This document shows, one piece after another, positions 1 to 12,388 of a stretch of 64,000 nt of DNA. Made by a program: the position numbers and the translations under genes. The notes under the pieces are model-generated. The model was not told where the DNA came from, did not search any database, and saw only the letters and a program-made list of their open reading frames with translations. The stretch covers positions 31,744,001 through 31,808,000 of the forward strand of contig OZ024752.1 of assembly GCA_964016885.1 (NCBI GenBank), written 5' to 3'. How positions within the stretch are numbered: position 1 is the stretch's first letter; each line of letters opens with the position of its first letter. The DNA comes from Eledone cirrhosa. Lineage: Eukaryota.

Positions 1-169
1 AGATAAAGAGATGTAGAGGTGAGAAATGAGTTAATTTATAGAGAAGGAAGAAAACAATTCAAGAGAAAGGAAAAACTTTAAGTTGTGAAACAGTGAAGAA
101 ATAAAAAGAAACAAATAAACGAACAAAAGAAGAAGAAAAAAGGAATAATGAAAATAAAGAAAAATGAAA

Positions 170-173
170 TAAT

Positions 174-234
<61 letters not shown>

Positions 235-598
235 GGGAAAGAAAGAAAGACTGAAGGAAAGAAAGAAAGAGAGAAAGAAAGACAGACAGAAGGAAAGAAA
301 GCAAGAAAGGAACGAACGAAGAAAGAAAGAAAGAAAGAAAGAAAGCAAAGAAGGAAGAAAGAAAGAAAGAAAGAAAGAACGAAAAAAAGACAGAAAGAAA
401 AAAAGACAGAAAGAAAGAAAAAAAGAAAGAAAGAAAGTAAAAAAGAAAGAAAGAAAGAAAGGAACGATGAAAGAAAGAAATGGGTTTAACCAAGACAGTG
501 ATATGTAACAAAAATCTAGAACACGAGAAAGAGATGCAAAGACAGGGAATATGGAAGAAGTCGAGAGAGAGAGAGAGTGTGTGTGTGTGTTTGTGTGC

Positions 599-671
<73 letters not shown>

Positions 672-719
672 TGTGTGCGTGTGTGCGTGTGTGCGGGCGT
701 GTGTGTGTGTGAGAGAGAG

Positions 720-755
<36 letters not shown>

Positions 756-792
756 CGTGTGTGTGTGTGAGAGAAAGAGAGGGAGAGAGAGA

Positions 793-841
<49 letters not shown>

Positions 842-1020
842 GGCATGTGTGTGTGTGTGTGAGAGAGAGTGTGTGTGTGTGTGTGTGTGCGTGTGTGCGG
901 GCATGTGTGTGTGTGTGAGAGAGAGTGTGTGTGTGTGTGTGTGCGTGTGTGCGGGCGTGTGTGTGTGTGTGTGTGTGAGAGAGATAGAGAGAGAGTGTGT
1001 GCGTGTGTGGGTGTGGTTGT
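170..1020. repeat. (GAAA)n, (GA)n and (GT)n microsatellites, representative of dozens of TA/GT/GA/GATA/TTTTA/GGT tracts in the window
   Basis: Directly visible. Confidence 0.95.
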
Positions 1021-1647
1021 GGTTGTACACGTGGATATAGATATGTATGATGAAGGTGAAATAGAGAGAATTATTTCAACTAATATTAGGTTTCATTTTA
1101 ATCATACAGGTAGATCATAGAATTAGTGAAAGTCTACTAATACATAAGAAAGAGGTATTTACTTTGTCAATAAATATATTCTGTGATTATACGTTGTGAT
1201 AAATCCGCGAGCAAAGATAGGAAATAGAATAAAAGGAGTTTCGCTAATATCAGAAATCAGTTCCGGTAATTTCTTAAAAATATAAATATTCCATGACACA
1301 CACATGGAAAGTTTTATTTTAGTTTTTTTTTCTAATTTAAAAATAAAAAAATGCACAAACGATTTATGGTGTGTGTAAATATATATATATATATATATAA
1401 TAGAATAATCGAGTATCGGAAAATCAGCTCACGAATTAACGATAAACAAATCCGATATGAGTGGCAGAGGGCTCAATAATTTGGATAAATCAGAGAGCTA
1501 TAACTATCGTTAAATAACCAACACATAAAGATTATGCCTAAAATCACCCGCGCAGCCGAAAAAGAACGACCAGGAGGATTCGGGTCACTCAAATAAAATA
1601 TCAATAAATCAATAATTTAAATGAATGTAAAAAACTTACCCGGGCCC

Positions 1648-1688
<41 letters not shown>

Positions 1689-1853
1689 ATTAAAATACTA
1701 GAGTGCGTTGGAGTTAAACACACTCGTCGTATAAGAGAAATGACAGTAAAGGTATAGCTCAACAGAGCCGTAAAATTATAAAAATTATAAAAATTATAAA
1801 AAATAAACAAAGAAGCCTTCAATACATCAAAAGTCTTTATTAGCCGACAGTGT

Positions 1854-2092
<239 letters not shown>

Positions 2093-2094
2093 AT

Positions 2095-2408
2095 GTCAAG
2101 ATAGAAGAGTGACATGGTTTGCTATACAATAAGGGCTTTATTCACATTTCTGACAATTGTTTCTCTGGTAGGTCTATAGATCGCTACCCGCCTGTTTTTG
2201 CGTCAATCGATCACCAATACATTGTTATAACCAATCAGTTCATCGCACGCTCTGATGAACTGATTGGTTGTAACAAAGTATTGGTGATCGATTGGCGCAA
2301 AAACAGGCGGGTAGCGATCTCTAGATCTACCAGTTCAGAGAAACAATTGTCAGCAAAGTGAATAAAGCCCTTATTGTATAGCAAACCATGTCACTCTTCT
2401 TTCTTGAT
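2095..2408. mobile_element. Fold-back palindrome (about 150-bp arms) with a hammerhead-like motif, next to (TA)n
   Basis: agaagagtgacatgg... mirrored by ...ccatgtcactcttct. Right arm reads gct-CTGATGA-actg...GAAAC-aatt-GTC-agc. Confidence 0.65.
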
Positions 2409-2597
2409 TTATTATTATTCCAAGTGTAAACTACATAGAAATCACCGCGTACTCGCAGCATCACTATGGCAACGTATTGTTGAGTCACACTTAGCCAAGC
2501 GTTAATACTATCCACTACTCGGAGTACCCTAACTGGACTACATCTAAGTGGACTACCTATAACTATGATTTGTTATCCCGTATATATATATATATAT

Positions 2598-2777
2598 CGA
2601 AGGAACCAGGTAGACCATAACGCACCAGAGTACTCGATACTTTGGGTAGTAGAGTGGGTAATAGGAAAAGAGTCAGGACCCCGACGGCGGAGCTCAAGCC
2701 GTTTCATCAGCTATTTCTGGACTGAAATAGCTGTCGAAACGGCTTGACTTCTGCGGTCGAACCCTTGAATCTTTTCC

Positions 2778-2780
<3 letters not shown>
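2598..2780. mobile_element. Short hairpin-forming dispersed element (other copies about 5072-5120, 13820-14003, 42531-43385, 53041-53248, 59109-59216)
   Basis: Shared ccataacgcaccagagtactc.atactt.gggtagtagagtgggtaataggaaaa plus an internal stem ending gtcGAAACggcttgagct. Copies lie beside TA/GT microsatellites. Confidence 0.75.
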
Positions 2781-2867
<87 letters not shown>

Positions 2868-2926
2868 GAATATAACAAGCTCTGGAGAAATTTACACAAA
2901 ATCAGAGACGAGCTTACATACTGAGG

Positions 2927-3015
2927 CATACTGAGGATCTTTCTATTCCAGAGTCAGGTTCGATCAATAATAGATCGTTGCTCGAGCTGATCGACAGTGA
3001 AACATATGTAATATG
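2927..3015 (+). ncRNA. Hammerhead-like motif with long loop II
   Basis: cata-CTGAGGA(2931)...GAAA(2999)CATATGTA-atatg, with palindromic helix III ACATATGT. Confidence 0.5.
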
Positions 3016-3065
3016 TTATTAAATATGTTATGATGCAACACTGACTCTTTGTTCTTTTATTCTTA

Positions 3066-3107
<42 letters not shown>

Positions 3108-3116
3108 AAAATTTAA

Positions 3117-3647
3117 ATTAAATTAAGGGTGTCATTTCAGAGAGACATGCTCCATATCCACTGTAAAATATGCTCCAAGATTCCAATGAATAGATCCAAG
3201 CATTTTATATCAACTAGAAATTGATTGACATATATATATATCTAAAATAAACATATGAACAATTACGGCATAATCTGTAAAAGTGTGTAAGCACAAACAG
3301 CTATGTGGGTAACTAATTAAAGTTTAACTAGAACTTTAAAAATAGACACCTTATAAATTGATTAAACTTCTTTGTATATATTTCATTAAAGAAATATATT
3401 TCACCAATTAATCTATTTTTAAAGTTCTAGTTAAACTTTAATTAGTTACCCACATAGCTGTGCGTGCTTACACACTTTTACAGATTATCCCATGTGATTG
3501 TTTCATATGTTTATGTTAGATATATATGTCAATCAATTTCTAGTTGATATAAAATGCTCGGAATCTTGGAATCTTGGAGCATATTTGGAGCATATTTTAC
3601 AGTGGATATGGCGCATGTCTCTCTGACATGACACCCTTAATTTAATT
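3117..3647. repeat. Long inverted repeat (about 230-bp arms) directly 5' of the PLE remnant
   Basis: aattaagggtgtcat...gaactttaaaaataga (3121-3345) mirrored by tctatttttaaagttc...atgacacccttaatt (3412-3642). Confidence 0.8.
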
Positions 3648-3662
3648 GTAGAGCTAACTCAG

Positions 3663-4320
3663 TTGAAAGGACTTTATTTGGTTTACACCCCCTTCTCTCT
3701 AACTGTCAAAACTAATGTAGGAAGGAAATTCCTTGACCTCTTAGATAAACATTTTCCTCCTAATCATAGATATTATAAGATATTTAATAGAAACGTAGTT
3801 AAGATCAGTTACTCTTGTTGCTCATCAATGAAGTCTAAGATCACTAATTCGAATCATTCGAGAACAAATCCAGGATGCAGTTGCAGGAAGCCGGATGAAT
3901 GCCCATTACAGGGCAAATGTAACACCAAATCTGTTGTTTATGAGGCCAAAGTGACACCCTTAATCAACAACCAGCCAGCCAGGAGTGAGCGATATGTTGG
4001 CATGACCCAGGACAGGTTTAAAACCAGGTTTTATGCACATGACGCTTCTTTTAAGCACTCCGATAAACGAACAGCAACGGCCCTCGCAAGTAAGGTGTGG
4101 GAATTCAAGGATAAAAACATCCCGTACTCTATCGATTGGTCTATTTTAGACCATTCGAGGGAGTACCAAAGGGGCACAAAGAATTGTTCTTTGTGTACCA
4201 CAGAAAAATAGGATTTTGCTAAACTTGAAAGCCACTTCTGCTTGCCTGAACTCAAAGACTGAGATCTTCAGATGTTGTCCTCATCTGAAATCACATCTGA
4301 TCTGTAACTGGATTGACATT
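3663..4320 (+). pseudogene. Penelope-like element (PLE) C-terminal region with GIY-YIG endonuclease, frameshifted remnant
   Basis: PFS.TVKTNVG..FL.LLDKHFP...KIFNRN.VKISYSC; CSCR..CPL.GKC; VVYEA...YVGMT..FKTRF..H; C.LC..EK. After a frameshift near 4210 it continues LNSKTEIFRCCPH. Confidence 0.85.
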
Positions 4321-4534
4321 CCTATGATAACTCAACCACCTTGAACTCCTTTCCTGCTCTTTACTTCCACTACGGTTTTTTACCTGCTGAATCCACATTC
4401 TGTACTCTCGTATTCTTTCTCCCTTATCTCCCCTCATATTTAAACCTATTCCTATGTCATTTATTTCCCCCTATTTTTTTGCCTTACACTTCACATACCA
4501 CCATTTTTTATTTTTAGATATTAATTTTTTTGTG

Positions 4535-4693
<159 letters not shown>

Positions 4694-5829
4694 ATGTATA
4701 TATATATGTGTATGTATGTGTGTGTGTATATGTATATGTGTATGTATATATGTGTATGTATGTGTGTGTGTGTATATGTATATGTGTATGTATATATGTG
4801 TGTGTATGTATGTTTATATCTATCTGTATGTATATGTATGTGTATATATAATCGTATATTATATATTTCTGTTGTATTTGTGCGTGTGTGTGTATATATA
4901 TATATATGTATATGTATATGTATGTGTGTGTATATATATATATATGTGTGTGTGTGTATGTATATGTGTGTGTGTATGTGTGTATATATAGATTTAATGT
5001 GTGTGTATGGGCGTGTGTATATTTGTGCGTGTATATGTATTTTTTTAATATAATGGTTTTGTGTGTATATATAGCCTCAGAAACAGCTTGAGCTCTGCCG
5101 TGGGGTCAGACTTTTTCCTATGTGTGTGTATATATATATATATATACGTAATTGTATGTCTGTGTGTATTTCTGTGGTTGTGTTTTTGTGTGTGTCTGTG
5201 TATGTATATATATGTATATATATGTGTGTATGTATATGTATATATATATATATATGTATGTATGTATGTATGGGTGTATGTATATGCATAATTACATACA
5301 GTGATTTAATGCTCATTTTCATTGATCTTTTGCTCCAGGAATTTGTTGAGTGCTCTAATTCTGCTGTAAACATTTATACCCTTTTCTAAATATATATTTT
5401 TTAAATTTATTATTTGTCGTATTCCCAACTTTTTATTTTTATTTTTATTTTTATTTTTATTTTTATTTTTATTTTCATTTTCATTTTTATTTTTATTTTT
5501 ATTTTTATATATACAATACTTAGGTTTTTTTATATCATAATCTATAAAGCTCAGTGTGTGGTCATGTTCCTTCGTTATAGAAATCTACGATATAGAATTT
5601 CTTCAATTGAAATTTACAATTCAGTATTCGAAATAGTTTCGATTGCGTCTTGACGCCGATAATTTTTTCAATTTCACCTACAATTACGCAAAAAATAGAT
5701 AAAACTCAATATTTTACGATTTTTCTCTCTCATTTAAACTGCTGAACTCTTTCTACTACCATTCAAAATCTATACAACTTCATACTTACTGCTACTTTCT
5801 CTTTCCAAGCTTGATGGTGATACTGTCCG

Positions 5830-6065
5830 TTCACACCACTCCCTACTGTCTTAAATTTAGAAAACACATATCCTCCATGCGGTTACTAAACCTGCTAGAA
5901 ACAGCAGCTAACTCTCCCCCATATCACACCCCTCCCCACACCACTCCCTACTGTCTTAAATTTAGAAAACACATATCCTCTATGAGGTTACTAAACCTGC
6001 TAGAAACAGCAGCTAACTCTCCCTCATATCACAACCCTCCCTACTGTCTTAAATTTAGAAAACAC
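5830..6065. repeat. Short tandem duplication (about 105-bp unit)
   Basis: ccctactgtcttaaatttagaaaacac occurs three times. Confidence 0.8.
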
Positions 6066-6391
6066 ACAGACAACCATGCAGAACAACTCCATCGCAGCTC
6101 TGTTGTTCGGCTGGCATCGTCTACGTGCGTGTTGCGCAAATACTGTGAAACAATAAATTTCAACACTTTTTTGCACAGAGATAATATCCATAGACGAAAC
6201 TACAATTGTCACTGCTGCCGAAGCTAATGCTTCCAGGTCTGCAATTCATTCACCCAGTGCCTGGCAGACAAAAAAGTGCTGCCATAAAATGGATGGTGCA
6301 ACCTAACTTTGGTAACTTAATGACCCCGAGCAACTCCGGGCTTTAATGCTAGTATATAATATTTATGTTCTTTCTCATATATATATATAGT

Positions 6392-6459
<68 letters not shown>

Positions 6460-6532
6460 CATACGTATGTGTATGTATATATGTGTGTGTAGGTATATAT
6501 GTGTATGTGTGTATGTATGTGTATATATGTGA

Positions 6533-6581
<49 letters not shown>

Positions 6582-6619
6582 AAACCAACTTTTTAAAATG
6601 GAAGTTGATCAATATGTTT

Positions 6620-6852
6620 ATGGTACGTCAAATTTATTTATAAAACTGCTTATATATTGTATTTTATATGAGGAAGGCATGCCATATTTTTAATATGGTA
6701 TCCCTGAAATATGTATAATGAAATAAATATGGTTTTATAAATATAGTTTCCATTTGTTTAATATCGTATATCTACTCCAAAACTTGTTGAGTGCTTTATA
6801 TCAGTTATAAAATATTTACTCGTTGTAACCCAACAATTTTAAATAAAACTTT

Positions 6853-6855
<3 letters not shown>
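6620..6855 (+). mobile_element. Hammerhead-bearing pLTR-like family, degenerate copy (others at 13411-13763, 38020-38445, 48998-49181, 53299-53620)
   Basis: Shared ggtacgtcaa...(c)tga.gaaggcat.cca...tggtatccctGAAAtatgtataatg. This copy has ATGAGGA in place of CTGANGA. Confidence 0.7.
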
Positions 6856-6893
<38 letters not shown>

Positions 6894-7049
6894 TGGAATA
6901 AATGCTCTGAAATAGCGATATATATGTGAATATAGACATAGAATATTCAAAATATTCTGTATGTTTATAATAAACATTTTGAAGACCTAATCGCTATAGA
7001 ATAGAATACGTCACGTATTACAATTAGATTCTCGATAAAAGCAAGGGAA

Positions 7050-7092
7050 GTAATCTACGCGTTTCATTCTCGTTAGAAATCATCAGGACTAC
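7050..7092 (-). ncRNA. Hammerhead ribozyme copy in the inverted unit
   Basis: gtaatctacgcgtttcattctcgttagaaatcatcaggactac is the exact reverse complement of the array hammerhead. Confidence 0.85.
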
Positions 7093-7330
7093 ATATCCAG
7101 TGCTTTTATCGAGAATGACACAGCTAGAGACTTATAGAATACTTAGCTGTGTACAGAATATTTTCGAATATTCTATGTCTATATTCACATATATATCGCT
7201 ATTTCAGAGCATTTATTCCAATTTCTAATTTCTGCCGGACCGGCAACCGCTCTTTCAAACCAGTTCCTGTACACAGCTAAGTATTCTATAAGTCTCTAGC
7301 TGTGTCATTCTCGATAAAAGCACTGGATAT

Positions 7331-7373
7331 GTAGTCCTGATGATTTCTAACGAGAATGAAACGCGTAGATTAC
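7331..7373 (+). ncRNA. Minimal type I hammerhead ribozyme (first of 13 copies at 7331+310n, last at 11051)
   Basis: gtagtc-CTGATGA-t-ttct(aacg)agaa-t-GAAA-CGCG-TA-gattac. Helix I is gtagtc/gattac, helix II is ttct/agaa, helix III is the palindrome ACGCGT, and the GUA cleavage triplet predicts a cut after 7367. Confidence 0.88.
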
Positions 7374-10300
7374 TTCCCTTGCTTTTATCGAGAATCTAAT
7401 TGTAATACGTGACGTATTCTATTCTATAGCGATTAGGTCTTCAAAATGTTTATTATAAACATACAGAATATTTTCGAATATTCTATGTCTATATTCACAT
7501 ATATATCGCTATTTCAGAGCATTTATTCCAATTTCTAATTTCTGCCGGACCGGCAACCGCTCTTTCAAACCAGTTCCTGTACACAGCTAAGTATTCTATA
7601 AGTCTCTAGCTGTGTCATTCTCGATAAAAGCACTGGATATGTAGTCCTGATGATTTCTAACGAGAATGAAACGCGTAGATTACTTCCCTTGCTTTTATCG
7701 AGAATCTAATTGTAATACGTGACGTATTCTATTCTATAGCGATTAGGTCTTCAAAATGTTTATTATAAACATACAGAATATTTTCGAATATTCTATGTCT
7801 ATATTCACATATATATCGCTATTTCAGAGCATTTATTCCAATTTCTAATTTCTGCCGGACCGGCAACCGCTCTTTCAAACCAGTTCCTGTACACAGCTAA
7901 GTATTCTATAAGTCTCTAGCTGTGTCATTCTCGATAAAAGCACTGGATATGTAGTCCTGATGATTTCTAACGAGAATGAAACGCGTAGATTACTTCCCTT
8001 GCTTTTATCGAGAATCTAATTGTAATACGTGACGTATTCTATTCTATAGCGATTAGGTCTTCAAAATGTTTATTATAAACATACAGAATATTTTCGAATA
8101 TTCTATGTCTATATTCACATATATATCGCTATTTCAGAGCATTTATTCCAATTTCTAATTTCTGCCGGACCGGCAACCGCTCTTTCAAACCAGTTCCTGT
8201 ACACAGCTAAGTATTCTATAAGTCTCTAGCTGTGTCATTCTCGATAAAAGCACTGGATATGTAGTCCTGATGATTTCTAACGAGAATGAAACGCGTAGAT
8301 TACTTCCCTTGCTTTTATCGAGAATCTAATTGTAATACGTGACGTATTCTATTCTATAGCGATTAGGTCTTCAAAATGTTTATTATAAACATACAGAATA
8401 TTTTCGAATATTCTATGTCTATATTCACATATATATCGCTATTTCAGAGCATTTATTCCAATTTCTAATTTCTGCCGGACCGGCAACCGCTCTTTCAAAC
8501 CAGTTCCTGTACACAGCTAAGTATTCTATAAGTCTCTAGCTGTGTCATTCTCGATAAAAGCACTGGATATGTAGTCCTGATGATTTCTAACGAGAATGAA
8601 ACGCGTAGATTACTTCCCTTGCTTTTATCGAGAATCTAATTGTAATACGTGACGTATTCTATTCTATAGCGATTAGGTCTTCAAAATGTTTATTATAAAC
8701 ATACAGAATATTTTCGAATATTCTATGTCTATATTCACATATATATCGCTATTTCAGAGCATTTATTCCAATTTCTAATTTCTGCCGGACCGGCAACCGC
8801 TCTTTCAAACCAGTTCCTGTACACAGCTAATTATTCTATAAGTCTCTAGCTGTGTCATTCTCGATAAAAGCACTGGATATGTAGTCCTGATGATTTCTAA
8901 CGAGAATGAAACGCGTAGATTACTTCCCTTGCTTTTATCGAGAATCTAATTGTAATACGTGACGTATTCTATTCTATAGCGATTAGGTCTTCAAAATGTT
9001 TATTATAAACATACAGAATATTTTCGAATATTCTATGTCTATATTCACATATATATCGCTATTTCAGAGCATTTATTCCAATTTCTAATTTCTGCCGGAC
9101 CGGCAACCGCTCTTTCAAACCAGTTCCTGTACACAGCTAAGTATTCTATAAGTCTCTAGCTGTGTCATTCTCGATAAAAGCACTGGATATGTAGTCCTGA
9201 TGATTTCTAACGAGAATGAAACGCGTAGATTACTTCCCTTGCTTTTATCGAGAATCTAATTGTAATACGTGACGTATTCTATTCTATAGCGATTAGGTCT
9301 TCAAAATGTTTATTATAAACATACAGAATATTTTCGAATATTCTATGTCTATATTCACATATATATCGCTATTTCAGAGCATTTATTCCAATTTCTAATT
9401 TCTGCCGGACCGGCAACCGCTCTTTCAAACCAGTTCCTGTACACAGCTAAGTATTCTATAAGTCTCTAGCTGTGTCATTCTCGATAAAAGCACTGGATAT
9501 GTAGTCCTGATGATTTCTAACGAGAATGAAACGCGTAGATTACTTCCCTTGCTTTTATCGAGAATCTAATTGTAATACGTGACGTATTCTATTCTATAGC
9601 GATTAGGTCTTCAAAATGTTTATTATAAACATACAGAATATTTTCGAATATTCTATGTCTATATTCACATATATATCGCTATTTCAGAGCATTTATTCCA
9701 ATTTCTAATTTCTGCCGGACCGGCAACCGCTCTTTCAAACCAGTTCCTGTACACAGCTAAGTATTCTATAAGTCTCTAGCTGTGTCATTCTCGATAAAAG
9801 CACTGGATATGTAGTCCTGATGATTTCTAACGAGAATGAAACGCGTAGATTACTTCCCTTGCTTTTATCGAGAATCTAATTGTAATACGTGACGTATTCT
9901 ATTCTATAGCGATTAGGTCTTCAAAATGTTTATTATAAACATACAGAATATTTTCGAATATTCTATGTCTATATTCACATATATATCGCTATTTCAGAGC
10001 ATTTATTCCAATTTCTAATTTCTGCCGGACCGGCAACCGCTCTTTCAAACCAGTTCCTGTACACAGCTAAGTATTCTATAAGTCTCTAGCTGTGTCATTC
10101 TCGATAAAAGCACTGGATATGTAGTCCTGATGATTTCTAACGAGAATGAAACGCGTAGATTACTTCCCTTGCTTTTATCGAGAATCTAATTGTAATACGT
10201 GACGTATTCTATTCTATAGCGATTAGGTCTTCAAAATGTTTATTATAAACATACAGAATATTTTCGAATATTCTATGTCTATATTCACATATATATCGCT

Positions 10301-11366
10301 ATTTCAGAGCATTTATTCCAATTTCTAATTTCTGCCGGACCGGCAACCGCTCTTTCAAACCAGTTCCTGTACACAGCTAAGTATTCTATAAGTCTCTAGC
10401 TGTGTCATTCTCGATAAAAGCACTGGATATGTAGTCCTGATGATTTCTAACGAGAATGAAACGCGTAGATTACTTCCCTTGCTTTTATCGAGAATCTAAT
10501 TGTAATACGTGACGTATTCTATTCTATAGCGATTAGGTCTTCAAAATGTTTATTATAAACATACAGAATATTTTCGAATATTCTATGTCTATATTCACAT
10601 ATATATCGCTATTTCAGAGCATTTATTCCAATTTCTAATTTCTGCCGGACCGGCAACCGCTCTTTCAAACCAGTTCCTGTACACAGCTAATTATTCTATA
10701 AGTCTCTAGCTGTGTCATTCTCGATAAAAGCACTGGATATGTAGTCCTGATGATTTCTAACGAGAATGAAACGCGTAGATTACTTCCCTTGCTTTTATCG
10801 AGAATCTAATTGTAATACGTGACGTATTCTATTCTATAGCGATTAGGTCTTCAAAATGTTTATTATAAACATACAGAATATTTTCGAATATTCTATGTCT
10901 ATATTCACATATATATCGCTATTTCAGAGCATTTATTCCAATTTCTAATTTCTGCCGGACCGGCAACCGCTCTTTCAAACCAGTTCCTGTACACAGCTAA
11001 GTATTCTATAAGTCTCTAGCTGTGTCATTCTCGATAAAAGCACTGGATATGTAGTCCTGATGATTTCTAACGAGAATGAAACGCGTAGATTACTTCCCTT
11101 GCTTTTATCGAGAATCTAATTGTAATACGTGACGTATTCTATTCTATAGCGATTAGGTCTTCAAAATGTTTATTATAAACATACAGAATATTTTCGAATA
11201 TTCTATGTCTATATTTATATATATATATATTTTGGAGTTAAACAAGGTTCATATGAATTATCTAAGTATGAGTTTTACACACACACATATATGTGTGTGT
11301 TTGTATTTGTATGTATCTGTTTGTGATATGTATGTATATGTATGTGTATGTGTGTATGTATGTGTA

Positions 11367-11460
<94 letters not shown>

Positions 11461-11462
<2 letters not shown>

Positions 11463-12326
11463 ATCTTTCTAGCGGGTCCGGGTAAGCTTTTTACATTCAT
11501 ATGATTTATTGATTTATTGATATTTTATCTGAGTGACCCGAATCTTCCAGATCGTAATTTTTCGGTCGTATGGTTGATTTTAGACATGATCTATGTGTGT
11601 TGGTATTTTAACGATAGTTATAGCTCTGATTTATCTGAATTATTGAGCCCTCTGCCACTCATATCGAATTTTGTTTATCGTGAACTCGTGCGCCGATTTT
11701 TCGATATTCGATTATTCTACTATATTTAGCTCTAGACTTAGCTATTGACCAGTTAATTTTATTGTTCATTTTTTGTCGATTCTATTAAATGATGAATAGC
11801 TCCTGTTTATTTTAACATGTCTATTGAGCACTCTTATTCGATATGTGATTTTCCACATTTTCCCGAATATTTTTCGCGGATATAGAGGTTATCTCCCTTG
11901 CTGAATTCCATGTGCGTTTTCAGCCAGGGTTGTGCCTTTTTATTCGTTCGGACAAAAGCTCGTTGATAAAGTAATTCCTGTCCGCTGCTCCCTAGAAGTC
12001 TTATATATTTTTATGTGGGCTGATAGTGGGCGATTTAAGGATTTACAGAAACCCAAGAAGCTAGATTTACCATCTTTCTAGCGGGTCCGGGTAAACTTTT
12101 TACATTCATATGATTTATTGATTTATTGATATTTTATCTGAGTGACCCGAATCTTCCAGATCGTAATTTTTCGGTCGTATGGTTGATTTTAGACATGATC
12201 TATGTGTGTTGGTATTTTAACGATAGTTATAGCTCTGATTTATCTGAATTATTGAGCCCTCTGCCACTCATATCGAATTTTGTTTATCGGTAACTCGTGC
12301 GCCGATTTTTCGATATTCGATTATTC

Positions 12327-12330
<4 letters not shown>
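11461..12330 (+). mobile_element. Non-autonomous partial-tandem (pLTR-like) element with about 260-bp direct repeats; a solo inverted relative lies at 1401-1650
   Basis: ccatctttctagcgggtccggg...cgattattctac occurs at 11461-11720 and 12070-12329 (period 609), with (TA)n on both sides. Confidence 0.7.

Positions 12331-12388
<58 letters not shown>

Larger units (their letters stand above)
6892..11215 (+). mobile_element. Retrozyme-like tandem array: about 13.1 direct 310-bp units (7152-11215) preceded by an inverted partial unit (6892-7156), flanked by (TA)n
   Basis: cagttcctgtacacagctaa recurs at 7261+310n up to 10981. Units are nearly identical and each holds a hammerhead core. 6892-7156 is the reverse complement of part of the unit. 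Confidence 0.9.

Noticed and set aside
31-1120. Long ORFs with HT, CV, YI, ER or FLSF repeats, here and throughout the window
   Set aside because: They are translations of GT, TA, GA and GAAA microsatellites with no coding signature.
7152-11215. 310-bp array as 5S rDNA, snRNA or tRNA tandem genes
   Set aside because: No 5S or snRNA sequence and no A/B boxes; a hammerhead core explains the structure better.
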